Shown here piece after piece: positions 37,139 through 44,104 of a DNA stretch of 44,104 nucleotides. Where the stretch lies: contig KZ539370.1 in the NCBI GenBank assembly GCA_000934665.2, forward strand, positions 1 through 44,104. Reading direction: 5' to 3'. This DNA is from Catajapyx aquilonaris (Eukaryota). The position numbers and the translations under genes are program-made. The number at the start of each line of letters is the position of its first letter. The first letter of the stretch is position 1. The notes beneath the pieces are model-generated. The model was not told where the DNA came from, made no database searches, and saw only the letters and a list, made by a program, of their open reading frames with translations.

Positions 37139-40100
37139 TCACTCTCGAGACGTCCTCCGCCTATTATTGTGTCTCCCCTTTTGTCTTGGAGAAGAGTCGG
37201 TTGACCTCGACGTCGACCTCCGTGACGAATCTGAACTGCTTGAAGTTGAGGAGGAGGATGAAGATGAGCTGGACGTGGAAGAGTGACGCCTGCTCCTCTT
37301 TGAATCCCTGGAGTCCCTCCCCTCCCGTCTCCCCCCAGTCGACTTCTGCCCCTGCGCCCTCCCCTGCTCTCGACCCCGGTTCTCCCTTCCTTTCCTCCTA
37401 GCAGGACTCCTGCTCCTGCTCCGTTCCCTTCTACGCTCCCTGTAGTCCCTACTGTGCCGGCTAGAGTGACTGTGGCGGGACTTTTCTCTCGATTTACTCT
37501 CCCTCTTTGTGCTGTAGCTATGCCTTGACTTTCTTCCCGTCCCAGCATCTTCCTCCCTCTCCCTCACGCTCCGCTCCCTCTCCCTCGTCCCCCTCTCCCC
37601 ACCACCAGCCTTCCGGCCCATCCTGGATGATGCCGTCGAAAGTGATGAGGGCGACACGGAGCCGGCGCTGACACCTGTAGGTTAGGGTTTGGGAATTGGC
37701 CGGGCCAAAGGGTGTGCAGGGAACGGGGAAAACCACAGAAAGTTAGTCCCTAGCCATGCGTATTGCAGACATTAAGATTAGCCTTTTTAAACTTTTTTGC
37801 AATAGTTCCAAAGGAAGTGGTGCAAAAAAAAAAAAAGGCGCACTAGCCTTCCTTGCAAGTGCAAAACCAGGAAGTCGCATGGAATTATGTTTGCGACTGT
37901 ATTACGCGTAGATGATGAGAAGCAAATGAGGCCAGCTCCTTCTTTTCAACAATAATTGAACGTGACTTGTCTACTCTTTAAATGCACTGATTCCAAGGAC
38001 GTGTAGAAATCATGCCATTGCCATCATATCGAGGCCGCAAAAATGAAAAAAAAACTAGCGTAACACCTCGACTATCATGGAGTAGGTCACATCAGAAAAA
38101 GTCACCTCAGAATGAAATTGTACCAGAGGCGGCTTTCAAACCCACCAATCCTTCCACCCAACTTTAAACAAGCGAAAACATAATTGCCAGCGAGGGTGTC
38201 TCATAAATTCTTCTGATGAACTTCTGGGCACCAACGGACAGGTATCCTTGGTCTCGGCAGATTAGTCACTGAGAAAATTGGCTGCTTATCATGTCACACA
38301 TCCCAGAAGGTTTGCATCCAACCATCTGCAAAGTCCTCCCTGCCAACGCTTGGGTGGAAACCTTACAAGATATGGCGCACTACTATTACGACAATAAATG
38401 AATGCACTGGAAAATCTGGAGGAAGGATCAGCGATGTGAAATACCACCAACATTAAGATGCTGTTTTTAAACCCATGCGGATATCCTCGGAATCAGTATC
38501 TCATTCAACTGTAAAGAGTATGAAGTAGTTTGGATGGCCGCTTCTTCTCGCAAACATACTTCAACCTGTTTGCGGCCAAAAATTGAGCGAATCTGCCTCG
38601 ATTTCATGTCATGCGACCCTGCGGGATGTGCCGAGGTATAGTGAAGGAGATAGTTGCAGGTTTTGCACTTACAATGAAGAGATGCTTTGGATCCAATGCA
38701 TCTACTCTGCGGATGGGGCTGTTTGAATAGCACAATAATGTAATAAATGCAGTGACTTGACATTTTTCTTTTTTGGCTCTCTCTCTGAAGGATTCGTTTG
38801 AAGGGGGGTTGGGAATGTTGGGGGGCGGTTTGTACTCACCGATGGAGTTGCCTCGAGACGCTTTAGATTCACTCTCTACCTGCCTGCCTTCTTCCTCCTT
38901 CTCCTTTTCCTCCTCCTCCACCTCCTTTGTCACCACCCCCTTTGCCCCAACTTCCTCTCCTCCTCCCCTGCCTTCTTCCCGCTTCGTCACCACCTCCCTT
39001 CCTCTCACCGCTTCCTGGTCCTCCTCGTCGTCGTCAGCCTCCTCATCGTCTCTGTCCGTGGCCCCCCCTCCTGCCCCGTCCTGGCCCCCATTCCCCTCCC
39101 TCCCCTTCTCCCTCCTCTCCTTCTCCTCTTCCTCTGTCTTTATCTTCTCCTCAATGTCTTTGGCAGTCTTTGTAAACTCCAGCCTCTTCCTCTCAATCAG
39201 TGCCTGGAAAAGGAGTCGACATGAAGAGACTTGCACAGCAAACAAGTGTCATCGCCCTCTGAATGAAACGCCTTACCTGCAGCTCTTCATCTGAATCGAC
39301 TCCAGACTGGTCCCCTCCGTGAACCCTACCCCCCTGGCCGCCTTTCCCCCTCCCTACCCCAGACTTGCGCCGCTTGCTGTGCCTCACCACTTCTTCATCT
39401 TCGCTGTCGTCTTCGTCGCTGCTTACTCGCTCCTTCCTCCTTCTCCCGTCCGACTGCTCTCCTCCAGTGCTGTCCGAGTCCGAGTCGTACACTCCCAGGC
39501 CTATGGTTGCAGGGGAGAAACAAGAAGCGTTCCAAGGGTGGCCACACACCAGGGAGTTTTTCCGCCCCCTGCCCTTCCTCCCTGCCCACCAAAGAACAAG
39601 ATGAGGGAGAGACTTACCAAGGCTGCCCGAGAGAGAGGCCAGGGCCTGGCTCTTCCTCAGGTGAACTGCAGGCGCTTCAGATACAAAAAGAAACGGAAAC
39701 GGAGAGAAACGAAAATGCAATACTCTTTGCACACGCTTATATTCTTTTGAGAGTGTGTGTGTGAGACTGTGTGTCTGTCTGTTTGTCCATGCCGTCCAGC
39801 TCCAGGAGTGGGGGGCAAGCAAAGACTTGGGGAGAGTCGTGCAAATACAGAGCATGTGTGTACGTGTGTAAGTAACCAGGTTCCTTCCTCCTCTTCTTCC
39901 AAACCGCGACCTGAAAGGGTCTCTCAAACAACAGCAGACAAAAAAGAGAGGATTCCCCCAAAATGGTGGCCCTACCTTTGGCCCTCATCTGTTGGACCGT
40001 CTCCCTGGCAACGGCCTGCATCTCCTCCGTCGTCACCTCCAGCAGGATCTGGGTCAGGACACGTCGAACTTTCAGCATCTGCAAAAGCAAGGAGTCGTCG

Positions 40101-42885
40101 CTTTTCACGCCAACTGCCCTATTCGACGGTGAGGGGAAACTGACCATGTCCTGCAGCAACTCCTCCTTGGTTTTGCCCACCACCGCAGGAGAAGGTCCAT
40201 GGTCATTGGGGCTGGATGGCCCAGGAGCAATTCGATGACCAGGTTGCGGCTGATCCTTTTTGGATGTGGGAGGCGAGGTGGAATGTGCTGGGAGCGAGGG
40301 GGGAGCAGCGGGTGGTGGGGATGGAGAATACGGAGCATCGTGGAATCTGGATCTACGTCTGGGTGGTGAGCTGAGGGAGGATGGGGAAGGGGAGTGGGAG
40401 GCAGGGGGTTGGGCTGCAGCTGGCGGCGGGATGTGAGGGCGGGCAGGGGGAGGTGGGAAGGAGGCAGCGGCAGGGACAGGGATGCTGGATGGGGCATCCA
40501 TGTCATCATCACTCTCGCTCTCCTGCGGACATGAAGTTGAAATGTGTATTCAAGCCAAAGCACCGACCCTGACATTACTTACGAATTTGCTCCTGGGCGG
40601 TCTCCTGGGAGGGGACTCTTCTTCTTCCACGTCTTCCTCTCCTCCTCCGTCTTCCGCATTGATTCCGCCTGCTCCCATCCTGGCTTTCCTCTCCCTCTCC
40701 TCCTTGATCTCCCGCAGAGCCTGCTCTTCTTCCTCTCGCCTCTTTCGCTTGTACTCATTGTACTCCTTCATTTGGCGTTCTCTCTCCTGCTGCCGGCACT
40801 TCTCACGCTCCATCTTCTCAAGCCCCTCTCTGATCCAAGCCGGTAGCTGCCGGCGGCGAGCAGCATCTGTAACACGGCACCACAGTTAATTGTCAATTCA
40901 AACAGAACAACCGCAGGTACGTACCAAGTACAGGTGGTGGTGCTTCCTCGTCTTCATCTGAGAGAGCAGCTGCCAGTTTGGCCCTGTCTCCCATCATCCT
41001 GTTCCCCATCCCACCCACTGTGCCTCCTCCCCTCCTCCAGTCCTGCTTGTGCCTCAGGAAAGGTGGGGCTGGACCTACTGAATCCATGTCAGGTCCTGCA
41101 TCCTCAGTCCAATAGTTGAACACCTGGAAATGCAGGAGTGTCAGCCAGCCACTCACAGCATCCCTCAAAGATGCGTTACCTGTCCAGAAGCATTTGGAGG
41201 AGGTGCACCGGTTCCCCCGTGGTTGAAGTCAAACCCAACGCCGGGTGGAAAAGGCGGCTCACCGGGTGCAGGGGGGAACACTGCAGAGAAGTGCGGTGGA
41301 GGGGGCGGCGGGGCGGAAGTGTTGGGTGGATGAGGAATGGGGTGTGGGATTGGAAGGGTGGGCGGTGCCGGAGGTGGCCCGTGTGTCGGGGGAGGGGGTC
41401 CCTTGGAATCCTTCGGGAATCCTCCGCCCCAACCCCACTGCTGCCACCCACTCCACTGCTGCCAACCTGCATCTGCAATAGAGTCAATTAATAAATATCT
41501 GGAGTACTTTTTTTCCAAAGATAACATGACCACTACCTTGAGCATTGTTGGGGACACCATCCCCTCCCCCTGGTGGCCCGTCCTCCTTGGCGTCGACATC
41601 CATTGGGGCCTCCCCGCCCTCGTCTTCTGGAGGGAGGGACACAGGAGGCAGGGGATGATTCCGTTTACTGTTGGTTCGATTCAGGTCCACTGGTGGGGAC
41701 GCTCCTGGAGGCGGGGGCTGGTTCTGCAGAGGGGGTGGGGGGTGGGAAGGCGGATGCATTGGCGGAGGGGTGGCTGGCTGGTGGGGAGGCTGCAGCTGGC
41801 CTCCTCCGCCACCACCTTTGGGCCCACCGCCACTCACAGGACCAGACTCCTTCATGCGAATCCATTGTTGAGCCAACGCTGCCCAATCAACTGGAAATAA
41901 AAGAACGCCACGAGTAATACAGATGGAATATTAACGTTTGCAACGTGAATACACCAGTCACCTGCATATGATCAATCCCTGAACATGCACAGGTGATAGG
42001 CAGAATAATACTTCAGCATAAAGTTTATGACGACCCAAGCTTCATAGGAGGATAGCCACATTGACAACCTCGCTGGTGAGAAGCAGGGCATCAGTCTCAA
42101 GCGACACAACATTTTAAAATGCAGTAATTTACATCAACCTCCTTTTAACAAGTGTCATAAACAGCAACACAAGATGCAAACAATGCCTGACAAATAGTAA
42201 TAAAAAGTTAGGAGCAGTCCGGTTTGAACAGAATCATTTCGTACAGGCATGCAACTCGGGAAGTGGCTGTCCTTCAACCAGTTCTTATCTGAAACTTCTG
42301 AAAGTCTAAAATGGGAAGCAAGAATCGACACTAATCAGCCTGTAAGCCCGATAATAGCCGCCATCCCATTTCCAGATAAGAGCTGACCAAAGAGGCCTTC
42401 AACGCTCCTAACAATGACAGCTAGGACGGAAACGACCCGTAGCAGACCAGGCGACCTATTTTTCACAACAAGTGATTGTTTTTCCCTATTACCGCCACCA
42501 TTTTTCATGGGGGCTGTTCATAATAATGCAGCCGGATCAAAAATCCGCAATGCAAAAATATCAAATTCTGAATTTGGCAATTTTCTACATTAAAATCACG
42601 ACAGCAGGTGTTAGAATAACCTGATTTTCCACAAGGAATTACTCCTGGTGACGTGTAATTACACAATATGCGCACCACTCGTAATGACCCTCGGGTCAAC
42701 GACCTCTCATGGAATACCAAATCTTTTCACATGACCCGCTGGTGTGCCTTACACAATGTCGTGTGACTATTCACGGTACCTGTACTGATTGTTCTGGAAC
42801 CCAACTCACTCTCTTCATGCGTGAAGTTCTGGTACACCGATGGGTTGAGCGCCCACTGTGCCCATTGTGGGTTGCTCGACCACAT
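37139..42885 (-). CDS. PNISR: Arginine/serine-rich protein PNISR (SFRS18), 955 aa
   Basis: Exons 42885-42810, 41890-41537, 41472-41180, 41123-40925, 40866-40583, 40522-40145, 40078-39976, 39674-39618, 39500-39277, 39203-38840, 37674-37139; 2868 nt, phases consistent. Diagnostic motifs IDWAALAQQWI, DAARRRQLPAWIREGLEKMEREK, LTQILLEVTTEE and ALASLSGSLGLGVYDSDS, plus a C-terminal RS domain. Confidence 0.93.
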
Positions 42886-43139
42886 ATTGTTCTCTCCGAA
42901 GTTCGCCAGGGCTGCGACCGATGTGGGACTGGGGGGAACAAAAAGGTGAAAACGAAACCAGCGTCGGCCGGCGAACAGTCTCAGAAGGATTAGTTCCTCC
43001 TGCAGGGCTTCTTGATGCCTCAATGCGGACCGGCCTCGTCCGTCCCCCTCCGGCCCAATCGATCGGGCCCGGATCACAGCCACTAATCACTTGGGGTAAT
43101 TAAAATAGAACGATCAGAAAAATATTAAGAGCGGAGTTC

Positions 43140-43203
43140 GACCAGAGGCGAGCGAACTAGTGGAATAAAAAAAGAACACGGGAGGCGAAACAACATGGCC
43201 GAC
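43140..43203 (-). promoter_or_regulatory. PNISR promoter / TSS region with YY1-like motif
   Basis: Minus strand CGGCCATGTTG (43201-43191) followed by a pyrimidine-rich tract, about 300 nt upstream of the ATG. Confidence 0.45.
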
Positions 43204-43623
43204 TTTTAGAACTGTTCGAATCGGCAACAATGGACAGGTCTGCTTGGAATTGATTCGGATAAAAACTAGTCAAAACGGGCTGATAGGTCCAACTTAACAC
43301 TTAATTCGGATTTAATTCTTTGTGACGTCATTATTGTGATTAAATGTGTGCCAATCCCGGCAGCCACACGATGGTTGCAAATTGCACCCTCATTCTGGCA
43401 GCTCTTTGTTGCTATTGGTCGATTCGGACCAATAGGAGCGTGCCGATAGCCAAATGTAGCGTGCCTATTCAAACCACGTGTTCAAATCACCCGGCTCGAA
43501 TTAAATTTTTCTCAACTATCTGGGCCCGTAATGACACGAAATTAATGTGACAAAAATTAGCCGGTGTAAACAATTGCGTGTATTTTGTTGGTCCGTAGTT
43601 TTTGGGTTCGAACGGGCCCGTAA

Positions 43624-44104
43624 CAAAGACCGTATATGTTAAGACACGCAACTGTCCCTTGAAACGTGAAAGTGGTTTGTCAGTGCCATCTAGTGAGTGC
43701 GGAGTTGACCCCCACTCCACCAGCGTTGGGCCACCAGGTTGGGCGGCCTGGTCTGGCCTGCTGCTTCCCTACCCCGTCTCTGCCCTTGGTCCTTGCTTGG
43801 TCTCTGCTTTTTTTTCACAAATGGAGCGAAAGGCAGGACTCTGAAGAAGCTAGTCTTAGAAGCTTGTGAGAAAATACGTGCCACTGGTTTCATTCCTAAA
43901 TTGATTGTATGTGACCAAGGACCACATAACCAGGTTTTGAAACGGCTGCTAGGGGTTAAAAATGACCAGCCTTTTTTCACACTGCCCACAGATCCTTCTG
44001 AAGAATTTTTTTTTTTCATGTATGATATACCCCACCTGATGAAGTGTGTAAGAAACATGCTGATGAAATATAACATTAGATTTGGATCTGGCTCTGTAGC
44101 CAAG
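43624..44104 (+). mobile_element. P-element/THAP9-family transposon, internally deleted, running off the window end
   Basis: Open frame from about 43808 to the end: FFFTNGAKGRTLKKLVLEACEKIRATGFIPKLIVCDQGPHNQ...QPFF...FMYDIPHLMKCVRNML, containing the CDQGxxN catalytic Asp and the DxPHLxKxxRN motif of P transposases. A putative 5' TIR CAAAGACCGTATA at 43624 fits CAWRG-type P termini (less certain). Confidence 0.8.

Noticed and set aside
38243..38250. GTATCCTT U12-type donor consensus on +
   Set aside because: Antisense to PNISR with no + strand gene or U12 branch site; likely chance.

Overview
Eukaryotic (animal, probably arthropod) draft genomic DNA with many short GT-AG introns (about 59-77 nt), one 145-N gap and two single-N joins. 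Four complete spliced genes could be assembled by hand. (1) On +, 24694-27568: a 7-exon, 809-aa protein with a signal peptide and a predicted GPI anchor, built of two tandem GPR158/GPR179-type Cache+EGF ectodomain modules and no 7TM domain. (2) On -, 28659-30683: FAU/RpS30, with a TCT/5'TOP start and a candidate intronic H/ACA snoRNA. (3) On +, 32150-33978: NUS1/NgBR. (4) On -, 37139-42885: PNISR/SFRS18, 11 exons, 955 aa, with candidate poison-splicing events. A further minus-strand first coding exon (28015-28153) has no recognisable downstream exon nearby, which suggests the Cache gene is nested antisense in a large intron of an unidentified host gene that leaves the window on the left. The window ends in an internally deleted P-element/THAP9-like transposase. 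The first 24 kb is mostly non-coding: MITEs, tRNA-derived SINE heads, microsatellites and promoter-like tracts. No prokaryotic systems or CRISPR arrays are present. All family assignments come from motif recognition, not database searches.
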